Positions 1 to 11,362 of a DNA stretch of 64,000 nucleotides are shown piece by piece (within the stretch, counting starts at the first letter, position 1; each line of letters starts with the position of its first letter). The stretch covers positions 37,078,001-37,142,000 of the forward strand of contig NC_087447.1 in the NCBI RefSeq assembly GCF_036321535.1. The letters run 5' to 3'. Under the pieces are notes generated by a model. The model had not been told where the DNA came from, searched no databases, and was given only the letters and a program-made list of their open reading frames with translations. This stretch comes from Camelus dromedarius. Taxonomy: Eukaryota. The translations under genes and the position numbers were made by a program.

Positions 1-1159
1 CGAATTTTTTTAGTGATTGCTTTTTTTCCTCCATGCTTACCTCTCAGCTGAAAGTCGAATGATCACAAATCAAGTTAAGATCCAGGAGTCCCCTGAAGCA
101 AGCAGCATCCCCTAAAAGAGCAGTAACTAGAAAGAGTCAGGGCCAGTACACCCTCCACAGCCCAACTGCCATCCTGACATTCAGTCCTAGCCCTGCTGCT
201 GCCACGGCCTGGGCGACACTGAGTCACCTAAGTGGACAGTGATGTGTCACAGAGATGTTCAGTAACAATGGTGGAAGCAGAAGGGGTCTGAGCTTCTAGG
301 TACCCGAGGATCCAAATGCCCAGTAATCTCTATTTCTCTGGGCAGGGCTGCTGGCTGTGGGTTTGGGTGTGTTTGGTTCTGTGACACCTGCCAGGACACA
401 GTAATGGCTGGTGAGTGTGGCCAGGGACAGATGTGGCCTTGGGGGAGGGTGGCAGTCAGCCTTATCAGTTAGGAATCTGGTTTCACAATCTCCATCTGTA
501 TCTCTTATTTATTTGTTGCTAGAATAAAGCTACAAAACCTGTAACTGAGGTTTCAAACATCGCTCTTTCCTTGCTCTTGTGCCTGTGGGGCATCTGGGTC
601 CTGGCCAATCCAGTTGGGATGGCCCCAGGGCTGTGGCTTGGGCTCAGGTCTGTTCCCTGTATCTTTCCTCCCTCCAGGGCCAGGGGCCCACCTGGGTGAG
701 AGCTGTAGTGGTGGCAGAAGAGCAGGAGCCCAGCCAAACTGCTGGGCACATGAAGGCTTCTTCTTGTGTCACATTTGCAAATGTTTCACCCGCCAAAGCC
801 AGTCACATGATGAAGCCAAGCCTCCCTGGACCAGGGAAATCTGCCCCGCCCACCCAGTGAGCCCAAAATTTACTGAACTGCCGAACTGTCACACCAGCTG
901 CTCAACTCGAGCCCTACTTCTTAATTGACTCTAACTCAGAGGGAGAAAAGAAATTATTATAGAAATTCCTCTGAACACAGGAGACCCTGAGCCGTGGGAG
1001 CTGAAGGCAGAGAGGACTTTGAGAAGGGAGAGGAGGCAGGGGCAGCTGCACCCCGCCCCTCTGCACCAGTGGACCGCGGGCACCAAGCTGGGGGCCAGCG
1101 GGTCCTGGGAAGTGGCTTGAGGAGCCGCAGGACAGAAGGCCACGTCAGGGCTGGGAAAC

Positions 1160-1270
1160 AGAAGCACTGGAGTTGGGATGAACCGAGTTCAAACCCCAGC
1201 TTCTCCACTCACTGAGTAGGTGACTTACCACTCTAGGCCTCCGTGTCCTCATCTGTAAAAGGGGGACAAC
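1160..1270 (+). mobile_element. MIR SINE fragment
   Basis: gagttcaaaccccagcttctccact...ggcctccgtgtcctcatctgtaaaagggg resembles the MIR B-box and core. Confidence 0.8.
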
Positions 1271-1448
1271 ATCTCAGGGCGGCAGAGAGAGGACATGGGA
1301 GGTTGCTCCAAAAGGAAGGAGGGAAACTCCATCATATTTGAGAAGGTTGGGTTTCTGTGTGGGAAGGGGGCACTAAGATAAGTTTAGTGAGTTAAGTTGA
1401 ATGGGGTGGCTTCTATTTCTGCTGGTTAGAATTTCCCTCAAATTCCTG

Positions 1449-1562
1449 CATTCCTTCCTGAAATGTTTACTGAGCTATTACCCTGTCTGTGTCAGGCACC
1501 TGTCTAGGTGCTGGGACCGCGTCAGTGAATAAAAGAGAGGAAACCTTCTGCCCTCACGGTGG
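1449..1562 (-). mobile_element. L2 LINE 3' end fragment
   Basis: aaatgtttactgagc...gtgtcaggcac...ctaggtgctggga...ctgccctca is the typical reverse-strand L2 3' terminus. Confidence 0.75.
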
Positions 1563-1574
1563 GATGGAGGCTGA

Positions 1575-1720
1575 ATTTATTAAGCACCTACTATGTTTCA
1601 GGCATTGTGCTGGGCTCTGTATCCAGATGGATACTGTTATATCCGATTTGAAAATTGGAAAACTGAGACCCAGTGAAAGTAAATAACTCCTCAAGGGCCA
1701 ACTGTAGCCATTAAGAGGCA
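1575..1720 (-). mobile_element. MIR SINE fragment
   Basis: atttattaagcacctactatg...ggaaaactgagaccca...aaataactcctcaaggg is the reverse MIR pattern. Confidence 0.75.
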
Positions 1721-2013
1721 CAGCTGATACTGCCCTATCCCAGAGTCTGTCTATGCTGTCACATCCCCAGGCCCTGAGATGGCAGTTTGCAAAGAAGCCC
1801 TGAAGCCACATGCAAAGAAGCCCTGAGACAAGACAGGAGGAACATGGGTGACTAGAAGAGAGATGACAGTAACAGCATGTTAAAGTGATTTATAAAGATG
1901 GGCAAGGGGGCGGGGGCTGTATGATGATGCGGGCAGAGGCACTGGGTTGGGGGTTCCAGATTGGGCGTTGGGGTGTGGGTGAGAGTCTGGGGCAGCTCCT
2001 TTCCCGGCCAGTC

Positions 2014-2053
2014 CAGAGGGGCAGAGGGGCAGAGGGGCAGAGGGGCAGAGGGG
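2014..2053 (+). repeat. (CAGAGGGG)5 tandem repeat
   Basis: Five perfect 8-bp units read directly, followed by a degenerate unit. Confidence 0.95.
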
Positions 2054-4009
2054 CCCAGAGGGCCCTTCTTAAGACTTAGGGAGCAGGGATGGCTCTGGGG
2101 GGACCACTGTGAGCTGCTTCACCATTAGGCCCAGCCTGCCCCAGTCGCTGATGTCACATGCTCAAAGATAATGAGACCGAGGCCTGCCTGAAATCAAAAA
2201 GAAATCTGGAACAGATGTTAGGAAACCCTTTTATTTTTTTTCACTTCGAATGTGAGGATAAGCCCAGTAGTTATTGGCAGAACTCTGGCCCGTGTCAGAA
2301 ACAATTGGCTGCCTGACCTGAGATGGAATGGGTCCCCGGCTCCCTTTTACTTCCTTCCCAGCTCCAGCCAGACACGCCTCCGAGGCCGAGGCGTGGCCTT
2401 CCCAGTGGGCGGGTGGGCCCCAGGCCTCCGCTTCAGTCTGGACTTCAAGGCTTTCTGCTCTGCTCCTCCTGACCCGCTGTCTCTCCCTCTTCCTGACCTT
2501 TTCTCTCTCGTTCCCCCGCCCCCACTACCAATCATGTAAACTTGGCAGGTGCACACAGATGCACTTGCACACCCACACACTCACACACGCCAAACACATG
2601 CAACTTCCAATCTTGGCAACTCCCTCAGGGTTCATAATGGGGGTCACTCCCAACCACACAGGGCCATACAGAGATGCAGAATCCTCCTGGTCACCAAAGT
2701 CCTCCAGTAGCCTTTCTGTGGCATTGACTCTTAGTCACTGCAACTGAAGGGGCCTTTGGCTGGGGCCCTGCTTGGGAAGTTCCATGAGTGTTGGGTTCGT
2801 GCAGACCGTTAGCTGAGCACCTTTTGTGTGCCCAATACCCTACAAGCATATTCCCACTTTGTTGAAGGTCTCTCCAGCCTGGAGGCCTAGATGGGGTTTC
2901 TGCGGCAGTGGTGTCTTGTGTTTCACTGGCTCCTGCCCTGTCCTGCAGAGCTCCCGGGTCCTGTTTGGAGGTCCTCAGGATGGTCCCCCAGCAGCTCCTG
3001 AACTGGCTGGTTGGCTGTGATTACCACATGCAGCCAGTGGTAGAGTCTTCCTCCCCTGCCCTTCTGCCCGCAGCAGTCACTAGAGCTCTGACATCAGTGA
3101 GTAGGGCCAGGTCCCCCAGAGCTCCTCAGTCTGCCACCCTTCAGAGGCTGGAATATGACCGTACTCCATGCAGAAGGACTTCCTTCTTTCCACTCTCAAC
3201 CTACACCTGTTGCTTGGGTCCCAGACTGTGTTGGTTATGGACTGTTTCATCAAGTCCCCCTGGAAATCTGTTCCTCCCTCTTCTGCTGCAGCTCCTCTCT
3301 CCATGGGGCTCACAGTAAAGCTTCTTTGGCTAGACTAGGTGGCCAGGATCCCCAGCAGATGTTATGTTGTCACTCCCTTCCATGTTTTTGCCCCTTCCTA
3401 CCTCCTGCTTACATCCTCTTTCTCTCCAAAGGGAAAGAGGAGCCTATATCCCCTGCCCCATTCCTTTGGACCAGCAAAGGTGACTGATGTCCCAGTGGTA
3501 CCCACCACTTAATCTCAGTGCAGATTACATTGACTCCTCACAACCATCCCATGAGGAGGCTAACCAGATAAGCCAATGGTCCAAATCGGGGAGTGCAGGC
3601 TGAAAGTGACTGAAGAAAGATCACTGTGCTCTGAGAGTCCTGGACCCAGCTTTGCCACTGATCCCAAGGTGACCTTGGGCAAATCTGTTCTCTGTGGTTT
3701 TCCAAGCTCCTACCCACGAACTGCAAGCAACAAGAAGATGGCTCTCCAAATTCTCTTCCCACTCTACAAGAGTGATGCCCAGTTCAAGGACAGGCTGTGA
3801 GGATCTTCTTGGCAATCTCCTTACCCACCCACCACTAGGCCATGCATCTCTTGAACATCCTCAACATGTACGTTCAGTGCTTGAAGGACTGAGTTGACTC
3901 AATACCTCTCTCTGCCCCAGTGGCCAGTTGGAGAGCCATGCTGCTCTCTGCATGAACCTCCATCCTCACTTGGCCTTACTTAATGAACATGGCTTTGGGA
4001 TCTGCTGGA

Positions 4010-4545
4010 GCTCCTCTCCTGCTTCTCTCACTCTCACTCCCTTTACTTCAGCCACACTGGTCTCTGTTGATCCTTCACAGACTAGACATGCTCCAGCCAC
4101 AGGGCTATTCCCTCTCCCTAAGACATTCTTAGCCCAGAGACCTGCAGAGCTGCATCCTTCATCTGTCAGGTCTTTGCTCAAATGCTACCTTCTCAGTGAG
4201 ACCCTCTCGGAATACCCCTACTCTACCACTCTGACCACTTTTTCTGGCTCTGTTTCCCCCACAGCACTTATTACCATCTGACTTACTCTCTGTTTTACTT
4301 ATGTCTGTGAAATGTATTATCTGTCCCTGCACATTGTGATGGGAACTTCAGAAAAGCAAAGGATTTGGTCATTTCTGTTTAGTTTTGTGCCCCTAGCATC
4401 TAGAACCCAGGAGAAGATATTGGACAGCTCCAGGAAACACCCTTTCCATAGACTATAATGTCCACTATGATGTAGTGGCTCTACCTGAAACAGCGCCTGG
4501 CACATTGTTGGCACTTAAGACATTTTTGTGGCACGAATAAGCTGT
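4010..4545 (+). mobile_element. L2 LINE 3' region
   Basis: cagccacactggtctc...ctcaaatgctaccttctcagtgagaccctc...cagcacttattaccatctga...gcctggcacattgttggcact...gaataa. Confidence 0.8.
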
Positions 4546-5964
4546 CTACTTCTTGCACAATTAAATCTCTTGGAAGCAGACTGTAATGCCCATACTTGAG
4601 TTTCCCATTCAAATGCAACAGAGGCATAAAGAAGGATGACACAGGATCAAGTATCTTTCTGGCCCAAATGGCAGGGCCAAAACATCCTGCTTTTGGTATG
4701 TGAATATAAGACACGGAGAGGTCTTATATTTATAAGGTGTAGAGGAATAAGAATGGGTACAAAAACAAACAAACAAAACCAATGAATCACCGAGCTAAGG
4801 GCTACCGGCTTCAAACTCAGAGTTCTGGGAGCAGAGAGAAAGATTCCACTGCCTCTTCTTGAGAAAGTTAAGAAGGGATCAGTGACCATGTTCGCCAGCC
4901 CATCCTAATATAGAAACATGTGATTTCACGAAAGTTTTCAGGAAAAAGTCTGAAATATCGATTAGGGGGAATAAAAGCTTTTTTCGTTACCTCTCAGTAA
5001 GCTAGAACTTTCCAGTTACCCTCAATCTCCCCTCCTTCCTTTCTTGCCCTTTCCTGAACACTCTGGTTAATCAAGGTTGAACTGTGCCTCCTAGGGAGTC
5101 TAGAGAAGCGCCTTTGAGCTTACTGAGCATTTGGCTTCAGGGAGGGAAAGACACTTACGTGGTGCTGTGTCTTTTAGACACGACGGGCTAAGTCATCTTT
5201 CTTTGTCTCTCTTTCTAAACTGAGGGTCTATTAATACAAAACCTTGCCCGGCGCTGGGGCACAGAGGGCTGGGCAGGAGAGGCTCATGCGCTGCCGAGAA
5301 AGCTTTCGAGGCCATTATCTCCTGGGCCACAGCAGGAGCCAAAGAGGGTGTCATTAGAGGCCACTAAAGGGCTGGTCTGCATCCCACCAGAGACACAAAA
5401 AAAGGTTAATTACCAAGAGGAGCAGGTTGGACAAAGGACCAAGGACAAGAAATTGTAAAAGGGAGAAAAAAAAAAGAAAAAGCGAAGACGAGATAACTTG
5501 GGACCAGATGGCGGTTCCCTGAACAATAAACACAGTGGGAAGTTTCTGGGCCTCTCTGTGACTGCGGGAGACATGAGGGCACCATTAAGATAGGAATCTT
5601 CAAACCATGGCTGATTCTAAATCCGGCAGAGCCAGGCCTGGAAGGAAAGGGGTCCCCTGGAATTTCAGGCAGGGTTTTTTCAATACACCCCACAGGATCC
5701 CTTATCTCTGTAGATATTTAAGGAAAATACCCTAAGTTTCTCATCTTTGAAATCAGCCGACTCAGTAAGAGTAACTAACTGCACTGCTTCTCCGGACTTG
5801 CTGACAGTGACACTGGTGATCGGAGCCGCTATTAGCAACCATGACGAGGAAAGGCCAACCAGAGGGCATAGCCTGGGCCTGCAGAATGAGTTGGGTACCA
5901 GGACACAGGCCCCCCAGTGCAGAATCATCACTGGCCCACGTGTACAACCAAATCTAAGACAGAA

Positions 5965-6128
5965 AGAATATGGAAATCAAAGAAGTCTTGGATTTAAATC
6001 TCAGCTTTGCCACTTATTAGCTGTGGGAACTTGGGTAGTCACTTCACCTCCCAGAACCTCCATTTTCCTCTCTATAAAATGGGAACAGTATTGCCTGCCC
6101 CAGAGGGCCAGTGGGATGATACAATGAA
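5965..6128 (+). mobile_element. MIR SINE fragment
   Basis: aaatctcagctttgccacttattagctgtgggaacttgggtagtcacttcacctc...cctctctataaaatggg. Confidence 0.85.
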
Positions 6129-7091
6129 ATGGCTCCTAGTCCAAAACTCCTTTCACTACATCACAACTGTCTTTACCTGCTTTTAATGGCCCCATCAGAC
6201 TTCAGGGCTATCTTCTCATCCCTGGGAGTGGCCATAATGGAAAATGCTTCAGGTGCAATGGAAAACTGTAGAGAAAGAGGGGGAGAGAGAGAGAGAGTGA
6301 CTTCTGGGGATATTTTTGGAGCATCTAGATGCAACTGTGTTTGATGCTAATCCACCCAGGACTTTCCAGTAATGTGAGCCTAAAAGTTCCGTCTTTGCCC
6401 TGAGCTCATTTGACTCAGGTTGCTGCTTTAACAAGAGTCTTTTCCAACACATCCCGTCCAGCCAGTGCTCCCCTAGGGGCCACCCAGGAAGGACTGGCTG
6501 TGTTTGACCTTAGGCATCACCAAACCTCCTTGCTTCTTTCTGACTCTGCCTTCAGTTCAGGTCATGCAGATTCCTTCCTTTATGACATCCCAACCATCAC
6601 TGTCCCCTTGTTTCCCATTGCTGCAGTCAGAATGTCCCACCTTTCTCTGCCTCCATGCCCCGCCTATAAGCTCTGCTCCGTTAGACCTCTGGTGCAGAGG
6701 GGTGTCCCGGTGCCATCTCCAAGGTCCTCCTCGAGCCCAGAGTCAGTCCCTTTGGCCTAGTTGATGCCTCCACGTTCTTCAAATGGGAGCCACACTGCGC
6801 AGGCTCCAAGAAAGCTGGTGCGTGCAACCGAGAAGGCTCACCTTCATTCAATCCAATTTAACTGTAAGAATAACAGCGGTGAAAAACAATCTTTAGCAAT
6901 CAATGCTGTGATGAATTAAGCAGCAAATCATAAGCATCACCCCCAAATATTATGTCTACAGGAAATGGCCTTATGCAGCTAATTGTTAACTGGGAAACTC
7001 TTTCATTAATTCAAATGGGTCAGCATTTTAAATGATACTGTCATATAAATGCGGTGTGAAGGTTTACGTGCAGATCACTCTAAGGTATCTC

Positions 7092-7114
7092 TTTTTTTTT
7101 TTTTTTTTTTTTTT
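7092..7114. repeat. poly(T) tract, 23 nt
   Basis: Direct read. Confidence 0.95.
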
Positions 7115-8184
7115 GGTGAAGCCGACTAATGCTGCATTATGTTTTATTGTGCAATAAAATTATGTGCTAAAATTATGCTCATAAATGTACGCAAATGTAA
7201 ACCAAGCTATTAGTTATGTTTTCACAGATAAAAGTCATTAGCATAGCTATCAAACTCTTCTTCCATTTGAATAACAGAATTATGTCTGGAGTCTCTGGCT
7301 GGCTTGCTGGGGCTCAGTCTCACGGGGAACAAGTGTAAATCTTGCTGCCTGTTGGTTATGTGGGAGTCAGTATCTTGACCTGACTTCAACCCAAGAGGCT
7401 GACTTTGTATGGTGCCCACTGGGGTCACCAGTTGAGGAGGGACCCTTTCAGCATCTCTCAGCATCTCACATCCCTGGGAAGTCATTCTTAACACCTCCCC
7501 ACCTACTTCCTGCTAATTAGACTTATTGAAAAACAATTGCAGATCTTTTGAGATTTCAGGAGGCTGACAGCATCTTTTAGCAACAGTCACGAGGAAACAA
7601 AGTTTCATGTATAATTCATGAGGTGCGTGGTCATCCTGGTGGGAAATTATCTCCTGACAGACTTGGCGGTGGTGGTGTCCTGTCAGAATGGCCTACAGTG
7701 TATAATTAAAACCTGAACAGAACAAATTAATGCTGATTACTTTATAAACAATTTGAAAGCTTGAATTCTGTTCCCTGTCTTGCAGGAAGAAAACAGATAT
7801 TTCAGAAATGTGTAGACTTCCCCCCCCCATCCTGGCTCCCCACTAATAGTTCTGTTAATAAAGGACCCTTGAATAGATATTACAGTTAATATTCTTTGTC
7901 CTCCAATTTGCTTTCATGAAGCTCAACTCCGTGAAGTCAGAGGCACCAAACCAAAAATCTGGCAGGTGCTAAATTTCCGTGCTGAAAGTAACTGCCTGTC
8001 TCCTGTAAATGCATGTTTGTCTGTCTGCCCGGGCTGATAAAAGCATTCGCAGAATATGGTCAGGTCATCTAGACATACCCCTTATTTGAGAGAGAGTGTC
8101 ACTGAATCCAGTGGCCTGAGGTCAAGCAGAGCTGTGAGGAGATCATTGACTGGCCAATCCAGAGCTCCTCAACCCTGCCCCTCC

Positions 8185-8462
8185 ACCCTTCCACTTTTGC
8201 CTGAATCATTGCTCCAGTTTTCTAAACAGTCTGTCTCACTGCCTCCAACTCTGATCTCTTCAAACGGATTCGCGACACCTCAGCCAGAGCTGGCTTTTAG
8301 AAACAGAAAATTTATCATTTCACCTCCAGCACAAAATAATCAGTTCAACAAATCTCTGTTTATATGTATGACTGAAACATTACGTTGTACACCAGAAATT
8401 GACACACTGTAAACTGACTATACTTCATTTAAAAAAAAAAAAATCTCTGTTTAGCTCCCACC
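8185..8462 (+). mobile_element. L2 fragment interrupted by a short L1 insertion
   Basis: cctgaatcattgc...ctgcctccaactct...cagccagagctggcttttagaaacagaaa...atcatttcacctcc resembles L2. Confidence 0.55.
8363..8440 (+). mobile_element. Severely 5'-truncated young L1 (3' terminus plus poly-A) with 13-bp target-site duplication
   Basis: tatgtatgactgaaacattacgttgtacaccagaaattgacac...actgactatacttca followed by an A-run; flanked by identical aaatctctgttta at 8350-8362 and 8441-8453. Confidence 0.9.
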
Positions 8463-8874
8463 ACTTGCCAGGCACAGTGCTAGGGGCAGGGGGGTAAGCA
8501 GGTGTCTAAAACAGACCTGGTGCCCACCCTCATGGGGCTTATAGTTGGGTGGAGGCGGCAGGTGATGGATCCCTGTTGCACTTGGGTCAAGGTCTCAGCT
8601 CCTAAACATAGTTTAAAAAGTTCGCCAAATCTCAGGCTCTTTGTCTCTATCTTCACCTCCAGCCATTCTTCCTGCATCACACCCTTTAGAGAAACAAGGA
8701 AATAGGTCTCAGCTGGCTTTCTCCATGACAAAAATCTGTGAAATTGAACTTCATGCCCTTCTGTCCTGACTGCCCCACAAGTATGCAGAGCTGGAGTTGG
8801 CTTTTCTTTGATGGAAGTAATGTGCAGCCTCACGTCACATTCCCCGCCGGCTGAGCCACATTTCCATAGAAAGG

Positions 8875-9030
8875 GGTGGTGTGATTGGGTCAGAGAAGCA
8901 CAGGACTGAACCAGCTATGGGTTCAAATTCTAGCCCCACCTCTTAGTAATTACCTGAACGTGGATCTGAACTTTCCCTCCATGAGCCTTAGTTTCTTCAT
9001 ATGTAAAGTGGGGCGAATACTTCCTACATC
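8875..9030 (+). mobile_element. MIR SINE fragment
   Basis: gggttcaaattctagccccacc...tgagccttagtttcttcatatgtaaagtgggg. Confidence 0.85.
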
Positions 9031-9031
9031 T

Positions 9032-9250
9032 TATCTTAAACCTAAGCATGCATCCGAATCTCCCTGGCTTGTTAAAATACAAACTGCTCGCCCCCATCCC
9101 CATCTGATTCAGTGGGCCTGTGGGGGGGTCCTCACATTTTGGGTTTCTAACCAGTTCTCTGCTGCTGCTGCTGCTGCCGCTGTACTAGGAACCACATTCT
9201 GAGTATACGTGCTGCTGAAGCGCGCCCGGAACCGTAGTTTGAGAACCAAC
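9032..9250. mobile_element. MER5A-like hAT-Charlie DNA transposon (non-autonomous)
   Basis: gcatccgaatctccctggcttgttaaaatacaaactgc...tctgattcagt...tttctaaccagttc...tttgagaacca. Confidence 0.8.
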
Positions 9251-9282
9251 CCTTGTCTTACAGTGCTTGTGAGTTTTGGTCC

Positions 9283-9925
9283 TCTTTCACTGAGGTATAG
9301 CAGTACATGTATCTTAAGTGTACAGCTTGATACATTTTTACATATGTATACCCCCCATAACCACCACTCCTCCCGAATGAGAGGCAGACTATTTCCAGCA
9401 CCCCAGAAAGGGACACCCTTATGTCCCTTTCAAAGATAACCACTCTTCTGAATTCCATCAGCATCTATTGATTTTGCTTATTCTCCAGTTTATGTAAGTG
9501 GACTCATACAGTATGCACTCTGTTGTGTCTGGCTTCTTTTGCTCAATATTATGTCTGTGAGAATCATCCATGTCATATCTTATGTTGTATCCTTTTATAT
9601 GAATATACCGTAATTGATTTATCTGTTCTACTGTGGATGGACATTTGGCTTGTTTCCAGTTTGGGGCTAACAGAAGTAGAGTTACTATGATCATTCTCTT
9701 ATCTCTCTTTTGGAAGACTGAGAACGCATTTCTACAAGGTGTAAACCTGAATGTGTAATTGCCAGGCCATAGAGAGCACATCTGGTTAGCTTTGGTCATT
9801 TCTACCGGTTTTCCAGAGTGGTTGTGACATCAGCCGTGTCTGGGCGTTCCAGTTGCTCCACATCTCTACCAGCAGCTGCTATTATTGTTCATCTTTTTGA
9901 TTTTAACTATTTTGGTAGGAGTGTG
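9283..9925 (-). mobile_element. Old L1 (L1MD/L1ME-type) 3' end
   Basis: aagtgtacagcttgat...tttccagcaccccagaaag...gtctggcttcttttgctcaa...gatggacatttggcttgtttccagtttggggct; the minus ORF contains L1 ORF2 C-terminal-like APNWKQAKCPST. Confidence 0.85.
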
Positions 9926-10489
9926 TGTGAGTTTTTAAGTGTGAACTTTCCTGGCTCATAGTTAGTGATTTAAAATGTTACTTTCTTTGCTTTCTCTTTT
10001 CTCCCCATAAATATCTAAGAGGGGACTAATTTTAAGCAAAGCAAGGAGTCATAAATAGTGATCTATCAGGTCCTGGAGGTGGGCTCGGTAAGGTGGAGGA
10101 GAGGGGAAATACCATTCAATAATGTTCAAATTGCCCCTCTTCCTTCATGCTTTTGTCTTTTTACTGTGAAAGAGAAGTAACACGCATAACAGAACTCACG
10201 TGCTCACTCCACCACTGGAGTAAGAAAATGGAACCTATGGGATATGGCTTGTCTTCAGCTCCTGGTAGGGTTGGGTGCAGAGTGGCCACTTCTGGGGTGG
10301 TGACTAGCCTCACTCACCCCCGACAACCTACCCAAGTCCATACCTCCTGCACCGTTTCCTAGGAGCTCCAGCTCCTCTGCTCCAAGGCAAGCCAGGGTGA
10401 GTGGAGGATCCTGTGAGATGGCTGTGTGTGGGATGAGAGCCTGCTGGCTGAGGAGGCCCTGAAGGATGGGGCCACAGGGAAGCAACATG

Positions 10490-10690
10490 CCAGAGAGAGC
10501 ACTGGATGAGGAATCTATGTCCCAGTCCAATGTGGTTACTAGCATGGGGTGTAATTTTGGCCAAGTCTTTCTGCTTCAGTGCCCATTTTCTCATCTATAA
10601 AATGAGACTGAATATTCCTCCATTCTTCCAGGAAATTCTGATAACCAAATTACATGAAAAATCTTTTCGTGGCAAAACCACGTAAGTGAA
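10490..10690 (+). mobile_element. MIR SINE fragment
   Basis: gagagcactggatgagga...tgcttcagtgcccattttctcatctataaaatgag. Confidence 0.7.
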
Positions 10691-10814
10691 GATAACTAAC
10701 TGTGGATGAATGCGTATAGCTGGGCATCTGATCTATTCTTCCCCAAGCTTTTGCTGCAAGGCTATACTAAACAGCCAGCCAGTGCCTGAATTTCTTTTAT
10801 TTCCCTTTTTCCCC

Positions 10815-11362
10815 TTTATGTATTTTGGCTATTAACACCTTATCAGATATATAATTTGCAAATATTTTCTCCCACTCAATAGGTTGCTTTTCCATCTTTT
10901 TTGATCATTTCCTTTGTCGTGTAGAAAATTTTCAGCTTGATATAGTCCCACTTGTTTATTTTTGCTTTTGTTGTCTTTGCTTTTGGTGTCAAAAAAAAAA
11001 AATCATTGCCAAGACCAATGTCAAGGAGATTATACTCTATATTTTCTTGTAGGAGTTCTATGGCTTCAGGTCTTGCTCAAGTCTTTCCATTTTGAGTTGA
11101 TTTATGTGTATGGTATTAGATAGTGGCCTGGTTTCATTCTTTTGCATGTGGCTATCCAATTTTCCCAACACCATTTATTGAAGAGACTGTCCTTTCTCCA
11201 TTATATATTCTTGGCTCTTTTGTTGTAAATTAATTAGCCATATAGCTGAAGATTTATTTCTAGTCTCTTGATTCTGATCTATTGATCTATGTACCTGTTT
11301 TTTATGCCAATACTATACCGTTTTGATTATTATAGTTTTGTAATATAGTTTGAAAACAGGAC
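10815..11362 (-). mobile_element. L1 ORF2 internal fragment without a 3' UTR
   Basis: tttgcaaatattttctccca...tagtcccacttgtttatttttgcttttgttg...ttttcccaacaccatttattgaagagactgtcctttc is well-preserved reverse L1 ORF2. Confidence 0.9.

Noticed and set aside
1788..1826. 16-bp direct repeat tgcaaagaagccctga with a 7-bp spacer (similar short duplications near 11713, 12664 and 41035)
   Set aside because: Only two units; ordinary slippage duplications, not a CRISPR-like or otherwise regular array.
5359..5374. CTCF-like ggccactaaagggctg (also ccactcaggggcagc near 48366)
   Set aside because: Mismatches fall at high-information core positions.
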